Source: an uncultured Planctomycetota bacterium
GTDB taxonomy: Bacteria > Planctomycetota > Planctomycetia > Isosphaerales > Isosphaeraceae
Direction of reading: 5' to 3'
Length of the DNA: 64,000 bases
Assembly (NCBI GenBank): GCA_963823665.1
Contig: CAWGMQ010000008.1
Coordinates: 128,001-192,000 of the forward strand
Shown here: piece by piece, positions 19,802-30,151 of the stretch
How the letters are laid out: every line of letters begins with the position of its first letter
How positions within the stretch are numbered: position 1 is the stretch's first letter
Notes under the pieces: generated by a model
Seen by the model: the letters and a program-made list of their open reading frames with translations, nothing else
Told to the model about the DNA's origin: nothing
Databases searched by the model: none
Made by a program: the position numbers and the translations under genes

Positions 19802-20773
19802 TCAGTTGCCCGAGCCTGAACCGTTCGCGCCGTGGAACGGCACCTTGCTCGGAACGAGCACCGCGTCGCTCCAGTGCACGCCCGGCCGCAAGTGCAGCTC
19901 GTTGTTGAGGAAGATGTCCGGATCGTGCGGCCCGGCGCGGCGGGTATTCAGCCAGCGAACGCTGTTATCGCCGAACAAGACGTTCTGGCCGCGCCCGCCA
20001 TGGTTTCGGCTGTTGCCATCGCGGATCGTGGCGAAGTTGATGTGGTCCGGCGAATCAGCGAGCACCGGCATGCTCGCGGAATGCGTGAGGTCGTGCGGCC
20101 CCGGGTGCCCGGTGGGATGCCGATAGCCGAGATTATAAGCATAGTCCCAGCACAGCATCGCGCGATAGAGCTCGGGATTGGTTCGCCTGATCTGGTCAAC
20201 CTGCTCGAAGCTCGAAAGCTCCTGACTCACATGGGCGCACGGCCCGTTACATGGGCAATCAAGGATCGACAGGTCTCTCAGCATGCCCGCATCGTGAAGC
20301 ATCACCGCAAACATACCAGCGTGAGTATCCGACCGATGCGAGGGTGGATAGGGCAAGGTTGCCTGTGAGGTTGCGTACTGCGCCAGGCTGTTGCCAAGCT
20401 GCTGCAGATTGAAGACGCAACCGGCCTGGTTCATTCGCTCCCGCGAGCGCTGGATGGCCGGCAGGAGGGTGAGCACGCCGGCAACAAAGATGCTGGCGGC
20501 GACTGCAAAGTCAGCCCAGCGAAACGGCAGGCGAGTCGAGACCTGCTCAAGCAGCGTCAGGGGCCGTCGCCGGTTTCGCGCGACGAACGAAACTGTGCGC
20601 GCTGCGAGGTCAGGCGGATGCTCAAACCAGGATCCGTCGTCCATGAGCTGGTCGATTGCGACTCGCAGCTTCTCGAACCGGACGACCTGGTCCTTGTCTC
20701 GACGAAGGGCTTGCTCAAGCTGGTCGCCCTCCGTCCCGCTCAAAACGCTTTCGATCATTTCTTCGGCATTCAT
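19802..20773 (-). CDS. Membrane-anchored hypothetical protein with pilin-associated/DUF1559-like C-terminus; candidate anti-sigma factor
   Basis: TM helix followed by LLPAIQRSRE...CVFNLQQLG and NHGGRGQNVLFGD; immediately downstream of an ECF sigma gene. Confidence 0.6.
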   Translation of the reverse strand: MNAEEMIESVLSGTEGDQLEQALRRDKDQVVRFEKLRVAIDQLMDDGSWFEHPPDLAARTVSFVARNRRRPLTLLEQVSTRLPFRWADFAVAASIFVAGVLTLLPAIQRSRERMNQAGCVFNLQQLGNSLAQYATSQATLPYPPSHRSDTHAGMFAVMLHDAGMLRDLSILDCPCNGPCAHVSQELSSFEQVDQIRRTNPELYRAMLCWDYAYNLGYRHPTGHPGPHDLTHSASMPVLADSPDHINFATIRDGNSRNHGGRGQNVLFGDNSVRWLNTRRAGPHDPDIFLNNELHLRPGVHWSDAVLVPSKVPFHGANGSGSGN

Positions 20774-20777
20774 GGCT

Positions 20778-21482
20778 TCATTCGTCCCCGATGCGCTTCG
20801 CCGATTTCGCCATCTGCTGCAGCTTCTCGAGTGCGGCGTGCAAGCGCGACTTCACGGTTCCAACCGGAATCTTCAGGATATCAGCAATTTCACGATACTT
20901 GAGATCCTGGTGATAAGCCAGAATCAACGTTTGGCGGAGAGCATCAGGCAACCGCGCGATGCTCTCACGCACCCATTGTTGTCGTTCCGTTTCCTGGAGT
21001 TCTGCGAGCGGCCCTTCATCTTCACTTACCAAGAGATCGATCAATTGACCAGCCGCGTCGCCCTCGTTGCGGCCGGCATTCACCCGCCGATCGAGGCTCA
21101 CGGTTGGATGTCGCCCGGCCTTCCTCAGTGCATCCACGGCCTGATGCGTCGCAATCGCGTACAGCCAGGGACGAAACGGGCGGCCGTTTTCGAATAAACC
21201 ACGTTTCAGGTGAACTTGCAGGAATGTGTTCTGAAAGACGTCTTCCGCCGCGGTTTGATCGCCGATGTATCGAACCAGGTATCGATACAACTCGCGTTCG
21301 TAGCGGTGGACGAGCTCGTTGAACAAGACCGCACGCCCCTCCTCGCGGTACTTGTTCATCAGCTCCTCGTCAGAGAGCTGACTGATGTCGTCCGCGCGAT
21401 CGGAGCTTATGGCCTTAACCATCTTACGTTCCGCTGCGGCCGAAAGTTCAAACCGGAGAACACAGCAGGTGCGATCTGCCAC
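20778..21482 (-). CDS. ECF RNA polymerase sigma factor
   Basis: AEDVFQNTFL, FRPWLYAIA, YREIADILKIPVGTVKSRLH; true start may be 21422. Confidence 0.92.
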   Translation of the reverse strand: MADRTCCVLRFELSAAAERKMVKAISSDRADDISQLSDEELMNKYREEGRAVLFNELVHRYERELYRYLVRYIGDQTAAEDVFQNTFLQVHLKRGLFENGRPFRPWLYAIATHQAVDALRKAGRHPTVSLDRRVNAGRNEGDAAGQLIDLLVSEDEGPLAELQETERQQWVRESIARLPDALRQTLILAYHQDLKYREIADILKIPVGTVKSRLHAALEKLQQMAKSAKRIGDE

Positions 21483-21617
21483 CAGTTGCGCGAGTCAAGA
21501 AACGTTCGCAAAGCGTAACAGCAAGTCTATAGCGATCTTCGGGCGAGTCAATAGAGGTCTCGACGAACGCGTTCGGTGAGGGCGGCCCCGCATTTTTTGG
21601 CAGAGCCACAATCCTTG

Positions 21618-23411
21618 TTACCGGATCAGGCGCATCCGCTCCATATACGGAAGAATAGGTAGCACGAAGTCTGCGCCGACGCGGATGCGTGGCCAGACCG
21701 GCTTGGGATGCGGCCAGTACACGCAGAACGCCTTGCCGATCAGGAGCGATTCAGGGACTTCCCAGCTTGCGCGGCCCGATGTGTCCCAACCCTGGCTGGG
21801 ATAGTCGGGATCAAAGCGATCCGTCTGGCCCCATGCACGCGCGTCGCGGCTCCAGGGGCTGTTGTCGCCCAGCATCAAGTAACGACCCGGTCCCAGCGTA
21901 TAGTCGCGAGCCTCGTGGTGCTCGAGCGCCGCGAAACGCGTCGGATTTGAGAGCAGATCGAAGAACGCCGTGGAATCGGTGTGAGCGGGTGCATCGAAGT
22001 TCGCGTAGTCGCTCTCGGCTGGCTCGAGCGTGTAGTAAACGTCTCGTTTGAGCTTCAACCCTTCGGCCTCGATCGCCGCGTTGCGGACCCCGATTCGGGC
22101 CGGCTCCAAGTCTGCGGTGGTCGGGGCGAGGTGTACTCGATCCGTTTCATACGTGAAGCCGTCGCCGAACGGCAGCTTTCCGTCGACCCAAAGCGTGAGC
22201 CGGTCGTCCACATTGGCGAACGTGAGCTCGAAGCGTCCAGAATGCGCGACGTCTGTTTGAACCGGCGTCCCCAGGACGGATTCACCGTGAAAAAGTGTGG
22301 CGCGGCCGGTCGTCAGGTCGATCTCACAACGGTTCGAAACACCGGCTTCGATCAGCTCGAGCCGCACTGCACCCGTGGCTTTCAGCACGTTGAGTCGCAA
22401 CGACAACGTCAAATCGCCGACCCAGTGAGGCTGGAACCAGGGGCGAGCCGCTTTTCGTGGTGATTTTTCGTCGTCGGGCAGCACGTCCGTGTTATAAGAG
22501 TTGAAGTCCGTGACCAGGATCGCTCTGGGCGGCCCCTGGAGTTCTCGCTTGGCCTCGATCGCCTTCCAGTCTTCCGGGCTGGGAACAAGATGGTGGTACC
22601 GCAAGTCGGCCCAGTCTTCTCCGTCGGCTCCACTCACGAATTGACCCGGTGCTTGCTCGACCCAGCTTCCCGTGCCGGCGGGCTCGGGTTTGAACCGCAG
22701 CCATCGCGGGCTGTCCTTCAAAGCGGTCGCCCGATGTTCGTCGTCATAGACGAGCATCTGCATCGCTTGCTGGTGGTACAGGGGCCGTCGCAGCCGCTGG
22801 GGAAAGTCCAGAGGCGCCATGGGCCGCATCCACAGGTCGCCTCCTTCGATTCTCACCACCTCGTTCGGCATTCCCACCAGCCGCTTGATGTAGCGGACCT
22901 CGGGCTCCTCGGGGAGCTTGAACACTGTCACGTCCCAGCGCTTGAGCGCGCCGGGCATTTCGCTGCCCAGCAACGGACGAGTCGCGCCCAGCTTGATAAC
23001 GTAGACCCGGTCGCCCGAAAAGCTGGGTTCTTGATCGACCCGTGTCTCGAAACGGCAATTCGCGCAAGTACCCTTGACGACGCGGACACCGGTGCTGCCG
23101 CCACTTCCGGAGGAATCGACCTCGCGATCGGCGTTGACGGTGTAAACGTCGCCGCACTGTGGGCAAACGATCTCCTTGTGGCGGCCCATGAGGGTCGTCG
23201 CCATCGAGCCTGTCGGAATCACGAACCCCTCGGCCTCGAGACTCCAGACCAGAAACGCCACGAAAACCACGACGAACGATTCGATCGACTCGCGTCCACT
23301 CTTCGACTTCGGCTTCGCATCCGGCTTCATCGCGTCCGGGCTGGCGGGGGCTCCGGAACTGGCCTGGCGCCGTGCTCGAACCCAAAACGAACTGTTCATA
23401 GCGATCCTCAC
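21618..23411 (-). CDS. lepB: Signal peptidase I (S26) with large insertions
   Basis: FVIPTGSMATTL, YIKRLVGMP, YLMLGDNSPWSRDAR; CxxC pairs in the insert. Confidence 0.85.
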   Translation of the reverse strand: MRIAMNSSFWVRARRQASSGAPASPDAMKPDAKPKSKSGRESIESFVVVFVAFLVWSLEAEGFVIPTGSMATTLMGRHKEIVCPQCGDVYTVNADREVDSSGSGGSTGVRVVKGTCANCRFETRVDQEPSFSGDRVYVIKLGATRPLLGSEMPGALKRWDVTVFKLPEEPEVRYIKRLVGMPNEVVRIEGGDLWMRPMAPLDFPQRLRRPLYHQQAMQMLVYDDEHRATALKDSPRWLRFKPEPAGTGSWVEQAPGQFVSGADGEDWADLRYHHLVPSPEDWKAIEAKRELQGPPRAILVTDFNSYNTDVLPDDEKSPRKAARPWFQPHWVGDLTLSLRLNVLKATGAVRLELIEAGVSNRCEIDLTTGRATLFHGESVLGTPVQTDVAHSGRFELTFANVDDRLTLWVDGKLPFGDGFTYETDRVHLAPTTADLEPARIGVRNAAIEAEGLKLKRDVYYTLEPAESDYANFDAPAHTDSTAFFDLLSNPTRFAALEHHEARDYTLGPGRYLMLGDNSPWSRDARAWGQTDRFDPDYPSQGWDTSGRASWEVPESLLIGKAFCVYWPHPKPVWPRIRVGADFVLPILPYMERMRLIR

Positions 23412-23573
23412 CGTGCGGCATGCCGCGTATTCGTCTGGTCCTCGTCAACCTAGAATAACAAACCTCTGTCTCGACATGAACCGGCGCCTGCCCGGGTCAC
23501 TCTCGCTTCGATCCGCACGCACGCTGTAACATGGGGCTGTCGGATCTCTATTGCCTCACGGAGACTGCGATCA

Positions 23574-24068
23574 GTGACCGAAACTCCCGCTAGCTCTCAA
23601 CCTGGCGAGGCCACACCGCGGTCGGCCGTGCCTCGCCGCAATCGACTCCATGCTCTTCGCGTGGCTGCGGCCGTTATTTGGATCCTGGTGATCCTCGGTC
23701 TGTGCTGGACTCCGAAGTTCGTCGTACGCAGGGTCGAGAACGATTCGTTTTTCCGGCTGCCCAGTCTGGACAAGCTCGTCCACGGGGTGATCTTCGTCGT
23801 CCTGGCGATTCTCTGGATGCGGGTCGGCTCGTCGTGGCGCGCCATCGGGGCCATCATCCTGGGCGGCTTTGCGCTTGGAATCATCAGCGAGCTGGGCCAG
23901 TTGATGCCGTTTGTACGGCGCGATGCCAATTTGTACGACATGCTCACCGACTTCGCCGGTGTGTTGATCGGAATTGCCGCGGCGCCGCTTGTGGAGCCCT
24001 GGCTGGCGCGGCTCGAGCGCCGGCTCATTCGCGACCGCGATGCCGAGCCGCTCGCCGCGGATCGTTAG
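23574..24068 (+). CDS. VanZ-family membrane protein
   Basis: DKLVH, SELGQLMPFVRRDA..DMLTD. Confidence 0.75.
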   Translation: MTETPASSQPGEATPRSAVPRRNRLHALRVAAAVIWILVILGLCWTPKFVVRRVENDSFFRLPSLDKLVHGVIFVVLAILWMRVGSSWRAIGAIILGGFALGIISELGQLMPFVRRDANLYDMLTDFAGVLIGIAAAPLVEPWLARLERRLIRDRDAEPLAADR

Positions 24069-24090
24069 ATCGAGCATCAAACAACAGACC

Positions 24091-26070
24091 ATGAAGGACA
24101 AGCCTCCCTTGATCAACCGCCCTTGGCCCCGCTTTGTGTCCGGGGCCGCGATCACGCTGCTGGCCGCCATCCTTACGCACTCGCCCGCTGCTGCCCTTGC
24201 GGAGCGAGAGCTCACGCTCTCCTGGGACAAAGAAATCCTCACCGTCGGCGGCAAGCATCTCCCCGGCGGCGCGCTCGAAATCTGGTACATCGAGGCCTTC
24301 TGCCGGCCCGGTTCCACCGCACGCGACTGGACCAAGACGGTGATTCGCCACAAGACCGAGCTGATCGCGACGGCGGCGGACCACCGTTCGATCACGCTGC
24401 GGTCTCTTCTGGAAGACGGTGTGGTGGTGGACCACGAGATCCGTGCGGGCCACGATGAAGTCGACTTTCAGGTCGTTGCGAGAAACCCCACATCCACTCC
24501 GTCGCTCGCGCACTGGGCGCAGCCGTGCATTCGCGTCAATCGCTACGCCGGCACGAAACTCGAGCATAACAGCGAGGCCTATCTCCCGCGCTGTTTTCTG
24601 TACGTGGACGGCAAGCCCGTCCGGATGCCGTTCGAGCCCTGGGCGAAGAAAGCCCTGTACACTCCCGGCCAGGTCTGGTGTCCCAACGGCGTCAGTCGCG
24701 ACGACGTCAACCCGCGCCCGCTTTCGTCGATCGTACCCTCGAATGGCTTGATCGGCTGCGTTTCGGCTGACGGCAGAGAGCTTGTTGCCACCGCCTGGGA
24801 GCCTTACCAGGAGCTTTTTCAGGGTGTGATCGTTTGCCTGCACTCCGATTTTCGCATCGGCGGGCTCGCGCCCGGCGAGTCGAAGACGATCCGCGGCAAG
24901 ATCTACCTCATGCCGGCCGATTTTCCTGCGCTCGAGTCGCGTTATCGCAAGGACTTTCCCAACCAGGAGCGCGCGGTTGGAACCGGAAATCCGCCGGCGA
25001 GTTTGAACCAGAAGAAGCTCATCGAGTTCGGCTGGGACGAGCCCGACACCGCCTTCATGCGCCGGCATCGCGATCAGCTCGAGTCCGCGCCATTCGACGG
25101 CTGCGTGTTTCACGCGGTGGCGCGCAGCGGCGGGAAATCCGAGAGCTTCACGTGGCTCGGCTGGGGGCGACACGAGTTCTCTCGAGTTGATCTTGAGTCC
25201 GCCTATGATGACCTGGCTTCGATCAAGTGGTCGCGGCCGCGCCACGACTTCCTCCGATTCAACGTCACGCCGGCCGATCTCGACTGGTTTGACGACCATG
25301 GACCGGCGCTTGCGAACGCCCGCCTGGCCGCGGAGCTTGCCAGGGCCGGGCATTGCCAGGGCATTCTTCTTGATACCGAGGCCTATCAGGCGAAGCTCTT
25401 TGATTTCTCGAGACAGAGCGATGGGCGGCGACGTGGCTGGGCCGAGTATGCATCGATGGCCCGGCGCCGCGGGCGTGAGCTGATGGCGGCTTTTCAGGAG
25501 GGTTTTCCGGGGCTCTCGGTCCTCTTCACGTTCGGGCACAGCCTCGTCTGGCGGCAGAGTGACCACGGCAAGAAACCACTCGAGCAGTGCCCTGATGGTC
25601 TGCTGGTTCCGTTCCTGGACGGCATGATCGAGGGGGTGAGAGCAGGAGCGCGGCTGATCGACGGGCATGAAATGTCGTACGGTTACCTTGATGCAGAGGC
25701 GTTCCGCCGCGCCCGTCAGACGATCAAGGTGGATGCCGCCGAGCTCTCTGCGGCCCGATCGGGTTACGAGCGATTCATCTCACCTGCATTTGGGATCTGG
25801 CTCGACTACGACTGGCCGAAGAAAGGCTGGAGGCCGGCCGAGCCGGAGAGAAACCACTTCTCGCCCGAGCGTCTGGAAATCAGCCTGCGCGCCGCAATCG
25901 AGCAATCGGACGAGTACGTATGGATTTATACCGAAAAACCGCGCTGGTGGTCCGAGAAGGGCCCGGTCGATCTGCCGGCCGCATATGTCGAGACCGTCCG
26001 CCGCGTTCGCCGTGCGCTCACAGGCGTTGCTGCTGTTCGTTCTTCTCCGGCCGGGAGCGGGCCGGAATGA
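24091..26070 (+). CDS. Secreted two-domain hypothetical protein
   Basis: Signal-peptide-like N-terminus; long ORF with a linker near GTGNPPAS before a second domain starting KKLIEFGWDEP. Confidence 0.7.
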   Translation: MKDKPPLINRPWPRFVSGAAITLLAAILTHSPAAALAERELTLSWDKEILTVGGKHLPGGALEIWYIEAFCRPGSTARDWTKTVIRHKTELIATAADHRSITLRSLLEDGVVVDHEIRAGHDEVDFQVVARNPTSTPSLAHWAQPCIRVNRYAGTKLEHNSEAYLPRCFLYVDGKPVRMPFEPWAKKALYTPGQVWCPNGVSRDDVNPRPLSSIVPSNGLIGCVSADGRELVATAWEPYQELFQGVIVCLHSDFRIGGLAPGESKTIRGKIYLMPADFPALESRYRKDFPNQERAVGTGNPPASLNQKKLIEFGWDEPDTAFMRRHRDQLESAPFDGCVFHAVARSGGKSESFTWLGWGRHEFSRVDLESAYDDLASIKWSRPRHDFLRFNVTPADLDWFDDHGPALANARLAAELARAGHCQGILLDTEAYQAKLFDFSRQSDGRRRGWAEYASMARRRGRELMAAFQEGFPGLSVLFTFGHSLVWRQSDHGKKPLEQCPDGLLVPFLDGMIEGVRAGARLIDGHEMSYGYLDAEAFRRARQTIKVDAAELSAARSGYERFISPAFGIWLDYDWPKKGWRPAEPERNHFSPERLEISLRAAIEQSDEYVWIYTEKPRWWSEKGPVDLPAAYVETVRRVRRALTGVAAVRSSPAGSGPE

Positions 26071-26107
26071 CGGGATTCGCGGATGGTCGTTTCCTGCGCT
26101 GGACCGC

Positions 26108-26563
26108 TCATCCCGCGTTCGGAATGACAAAACTCAGATGATGGGCGCAATGGATGAGCTGAAGGCGATCCCATTCCGCCTTGGTCAGCGGGCCGAAGCG
26201 CCGGTGTGGAATCTTGGGACCGCCCGAGGCTTTGTAGTGCGCGACCGCGCTCCGTAGCCCCTCCGCCTCCTCACGCTCGCCGAGCGCTTCCGCGGGCATG
26301 ACTTCCTGGGGGCCCTGAATGCCCTCCGGCAGTAAACCCGACTCGAGGACCTGCCGCTTTTGCTCTTCGCCGACCCACTGCGAGGGATCCTGGGGTATTG
26401 TCGCGGGCAGATCAACCACCCTGCGCAGCACAGTTGCCAGATGGCGGCAGGTCTGGGCCAGCGACCAGTTGCCGAGCGTCGTGCTGGATCCGATCAGGCG
26501 CTCGACCTCCGGCATGATGTCGTCGAAGCTTCTGAAGCTGAGCGTTCGTCGTCCCGGTGTCAT
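26108..26563 (-). CDS. DUF1569/DinB-like protein
   Basis: GNWSLAQTCRHLA...HRRFGPLTKAEWDRLQLIHCAHHLSF. Confidence 0.75.
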   Translation of the reverse strand: MTPGRRTLSFRSFDDIMPEVERLIGSSTTLGNWSLAQTCRHLATVLRRVVDLPATIPQDPSQWVGEEQKRQVLESGLLPEGIQGPQEVMPAEALGEREEAEGLRSAVAHYKASGGPKIPHRRFGPLTKAEWDRLQLIHCAHHLSFVIPNAG

Positions 26564-26712
26564 GCATTGCGTCTCCGTTCTCGTGTGACGTAGGTCGGGA
26601 ACCATTTCCGCAAGAAAGCGGGCTGTCGTCAATCGCTTTGTAGCCCGTCTGGTTCGCTGATAATCTCTGGCACCGATGTGCATTGTACATTCGCTTACGC
26701 TGGAGAGACTCG

Positions 26713-26811
26713 ATGGAACGGCGCATCATCATCACGCTCGGCGTGAACGACCTTGAGCGAAACAGAGGATTTTACGAGCGTCTCGGATGGCGACGATCGC
26801 TTGCGGGCTGA
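26713..26811 (+). pseudogene. N-terminal remnant of a VOC/glyoxalase-family gene
   Basis: MERRIIITLGVNDLERNRGFYERLGWRRSLAG-stop, with a GGAGAG RBS. Confidence 0.55.
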
Positions 26812-26951
26812 GACCTTCACTACACGCGGATCCGGGTCGTCTTCTGTCGAACCGCGTGCTACGATAGCGATCCGTCACCGAGCCGTGACCGAATCATCGA
26901 CCCTGACCCGGAACTGCACACCGGTAACCGAATCAACTCCACGAGCAACCC

Positions 26952-28244
26952 ATGAGTTCGTCCGAATCCAACGGCTTCCCCACGTTACGTCACGACATCG
27001 CGGGAATTCCCGTCCGCGAGCTGGCGGCCCAGTACGGCACGCCCTGTTACGTATACGACTCGAGCGCGATCATCAAACGCATCGAGGAACTGCGGGCGTT
27101 TGACGTGATCCGCTATGCCCAGAAGGCTTGCTCCAACATCGCGATCCTTGATCTCATGCGGCGACACGGCGTGCTTGTTGATGCCGTGAGCGCCGGCGAG
27201 CTCGAGCGCTCGTTTGTAGCCGGTTACAAAGCGCAGGGCGACCCGCCGCCGGTCGTGTACACAGCCGATATCTTTGACGAGGAGGCCCTCTCGCTGGCTG
27301 TTGAACGCGGGGTCCACGTGAACGTGGGCTCGCCCGACATGATCGACCAGCTCGGCCGGCGTGCGCCCGGGCGGCACATCACGCTGCGCATCAACCCAGG
27401 CTTCGGGCACGGACACAGCCAGAAGACGAACACCGGCGGCGACCATTCCAAGCACGGCATCTGGCACGATGGACTCGCCGAAGCTCTCGCACTGGCGGCC
27501 CGGCACAACCTGACGATAACGGGCGTGCACATGCACATAGGGTCTGGAACAGACCTGGAGCATCTGTCGCAGGTTTGCGGCGCGATGGAACGCGTCGGCC
27601 GGCAGATCGGTCCATCGATCACGGCGATCAGCGCCGGCGGCGGCCTGCCGATCGCCTATCGACCCACCGAGCAGCTCGTCGATCTCGCGGCCTACCACCG
27701 GTTGTGGGATGCGACACGCAAGCGTCTGGCCGGGGCGTGGGGCCATCCCGTGCGACTGGAGATCGAGCCGGGCCGTTATCTCGTTGCGGAAAGCGGCTAT
27801 TTGCTCACCCAGATCCGCGCGATCAAGCAAACGTCCTCGAGGACCTTTTATATCCTGGATGCCGGCTTCAACAATCTGGCCCGGCCAATTCTGTACGGCG
27901 CATACCATCCGATGTCCGTATCACCCGCCGATAGCGCTGCGGAAAGACCTCTGGAAGATGTGGTGGTGGCCGGTCCGCTCTGCGAGTCCGGCGACGTGTT
28001 CACTCAGGAGGAAGGCGGCACGGTGTGCAGCCGACGGTTACCCGTTGCTCGCGTGGGAGACTGGCTCGTGATCGAGCGAGCCGGGGCCTACGGCTTCGCG
28101 ATGAGCTCGAATTACAACTCCAAACCGCTCGCGCCGGAGGTTTTGATCGTCGGAGGCCGTCCTCACCTGGTCCGCGCCAGACAAACGTTCAAGGACCTGA
28201 TCCTGGGCGAACGCATTCCGGACCTGGACGCCGAACATGCGTGA
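26952..28244 (+). CDS. lysA: Diaminopimelate decarboxylase
   Basis: RYAQKACSN, HMHIGSG, EPGRYLVAESG, GPLCESGD, GAYGFAMSSNYNS. Confidence 0.95.
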   Translation: MSSSESNGFPTLRHDIAGIPVRELAAQYGTPCYVYDSSAIIKRIEELRAFDVIRYAQKACSNIAILDLMRRHGVLVDAVSAGELERSFVAGYKAQGDPPPVVYTADIFDEEALSLAVERGVHVNVGSPDMIDQLGRRAPGRHITLRINPGFGHGHSQKTNTGGDHSKHGIWHDGLAEALALAARHNLTITGVHMHIGSGTDLEHLSQVCGAMERVGRQIGPSITAISAGGGLPIAYRPTEQLVDLAAYHRLWDATRKRLAGAWGHPVRLEIEPGRYLVAESGYLLTQIRAIKQTSSRTFYILDAGFNNLARPILYGAYHPMSVSPADSAAERPLEDVVVAGPLCESGDVFTQEEGGTVCSRRLPVARVGDWLVIERAGAYGFAMSSNYNSKPLAPEVLIVGGRPHLVRARQTFKDLILGERIPDLDAEHA

Positions 28245-28370
28245 CCGAGGGAGAGAGGCGGTGGCTCGGACGGGATGCTCCGACCTCGCACGCAGGTGCG
28301 CTCCGCGAGCTCATCCCGGCTCATCGTTCTGGGCGTCCTCCCGCCGACCCAGCGTCCCCGATCCGGTACT

Positions 28371-30038
28371 TCACTTCGCTGCCTCGCCAATCACCTGAAA
28401 CAACATCTGGCCCTGCCGTACAACGGCCCCTTCCTCGATCAGTACGTGTCCATCGGGTGGATTCGCATAAACAACGATCCCATCTTGCGGAGCCAGCACC
28501 TTACAATCCCTAATCTGGCGCTCCAGCTTCTTCTCTCTGGATTGCTCGAGGTTCCATGTCGCCTTCTTGGCTAATTCGTTCGAGCGCGCTTCCATGACGA
28601 GGTGTTGGAGCTGTCTGGTTTGCTTGTCCTGGGTGTAAGCTTCCAGGATGTGCAGCCGGTTCACGGTCTTTTCTATCGCAAGCTTGGCACGTGCGATCGC
28701 GACGTCGGCCTGCTTGAGCGTCAGGTCCCTATCTGGACCAATCTGGTTGATCGCCTTGCGTTGCTCATCGGCAAGCGCCAGCTCTGCTTCGGCAAGCTTC
28801 AACTCTGCTTGAGTCTCCCGTTTCTCGCGGGGCAGGAGATCATCCACGTAGGCAGTCACGTCGTGTTCGGCCGCTTCGCGTCTCAATGTGGCGTTCGCGA
28901 AGATCGCTTCCGCGGATTTGGTCGTGATCTGCTGGTTCGTCAACGAATCGCGAAGAGACGCCGAATCGAGCTCGCAAACGAGTTCGCCTTTCTTGACCCT
29001 CGATCCGTTGGGCACGATCATCAAGATCGACGTCTTGTCCTTGACTGGTGTGCTCACCGTCGTCGAAGCCGCGATTGAACGGTCCTTCTGGCGCGCTGGG
29101 TTCGTCGTGCTCCGCTCGCCTTTCGCTTGGACGACCTGCCCAGTCGTCACGGCGACGCCGGCGCCGTAACCCGCGAATCCAAACAAGGCGATACCCGCCA
29201 CGAGGCCACCGATCTTGCTCATCGTCATGCTCCAGAGGGTTCGTTGGACGAGGCACACAACTGATGCGGTTCCCGCCTTTGCCACTACGCCCGACTTTGC
29301 AACTTGAGAAGCGCCCGTCATCGTTGAATGAACCAATTGATCTGGCACCGGCGAGCACCGCATCGCAAAACGCGTTTCCCATCCGGGCAACCCGCTCAGA
29401 GCCATCGGTGCCAGCCCACGACGCATCAATCGACTGCGCAACAGGTCCCGCGCTCGAGCCATTCGACTGCGAACCGTTCCCACCGGGCAGCCGAGTTGTG
29501 CGGCGACCTGATCATGGGTCAGTCCCTGCCAGTAACAGCGCAAGATCACGTCGCGATACTTCGCCGGCAGTCGCCGAACCTCCTCTTGAACGAGAATGTC
29601 CGATTCGAATCGGCCGGCCTCTTGATCATTCGGGGGACTAAACACCGGAACCACCCTGAGTCGCGCACGATGCTCAACCACTCGGCGCCTAGCCGCATCG
29701 GCTCGTGCACGGGCCGCGACGCGGCACGCCACGCCATAAAGCCAGCCCGCGGCCGAGTCATGGCGCCCGATCGAGCCCCTGCGCCGGAGGAGCACCAGAA
29801 AGGTCGCCTGAAACGCGTCCTCGGCGTCATTCGAGTTTCGCAACAAGTTCCTGCACACGCGCAGCACCATCGGACCATGGCGAAGTAACAACAGCTCGAA
29901 TGCCGCTTCCGCCGAAGCGTCCCCGCCGCGCGCAAACCGCTCAAGCAATTCCCGGTCACTGAGCCCGACTGCCGTGCCCATCTCAAACAGCATCTCGATG
30001 TCGCGCAGAGCCGCGCTCGATCGCCCCGCAACCTTCAT
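28371..30038 (-). CDS. ECF sigma factor fused to a TM helix and an HlyD/RND membrane-fusion-like domain
   Basis: RHGPMVLRVCR, AEDAFQATFLVL, GTVRSRMARAR; then VPNGSRVKKGELVCELD, a coiled coil, and VLAPQDGIVVY...EGAVVRQGQMLF. Confidence 0.85.
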   Translation of the reverse strand: MKVAGRSSAALRDIEMLFEMGTAVGLSDRELLERFARGGDASAEAAFELLLLRHGPMVLRVCRNLLRNSNDAEDAFQATFLVLLRRRGSIGRHDSAAGWLYGVACRVAARARADAARRRVVEHRARLRVVPVFSPPNDQEAGRFESDILVQEEVRRLPAKYRDVILRCYWQGLTHDQVAAQLGCPVGTVRSRMARARDLLRSRLMRRGLAPMALSGLPGWETRFAMRCSPVPDQLVHSTMTGASQVAKSGVVAKAGTASVVCLVQRTLWSMTMSKIGGLVAGIALFGFAGYGAGVAVTTGQVVQAKGERSTTNPARQKDRSIAASTTVSTPVKDKTSILMIVPNGSRVKKGELVCELDSASLRDSLTNQQITTKSAEAIFANATLRREAAEHDVTAYVDDLLPREKRETQAELKLAEAELALADEQRKAINQIGPDRDLTLKQADVAIARAKLAIEKTVNRLHILEAYTQDKQTRQLQHLVMEARSNELAKKATWNLEQSREKKLERQIRDCKVLAPQDGIVVYANPPDGHVLIEEGAVVRQGQMLFQVIGEAAK

Positions 30039-30151
30039 TCGGCGTGCCCTCGGTGTAGCATCCGGCCATGATCTCTAGTGAGTGCCTCGAACCAAGAAAA
30101 ACTATCCGCGATTTCGCAGGTCCGGCTTCAGCCTGACGATTCCTCCTCCGA

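Noticed and set aside
24025..25668. Long antisense ORFs (also 15763-17022, 17337-18806, 43476-45107)
   Set aside because: Typical high-GC shadow frames opposite better-supported genes.
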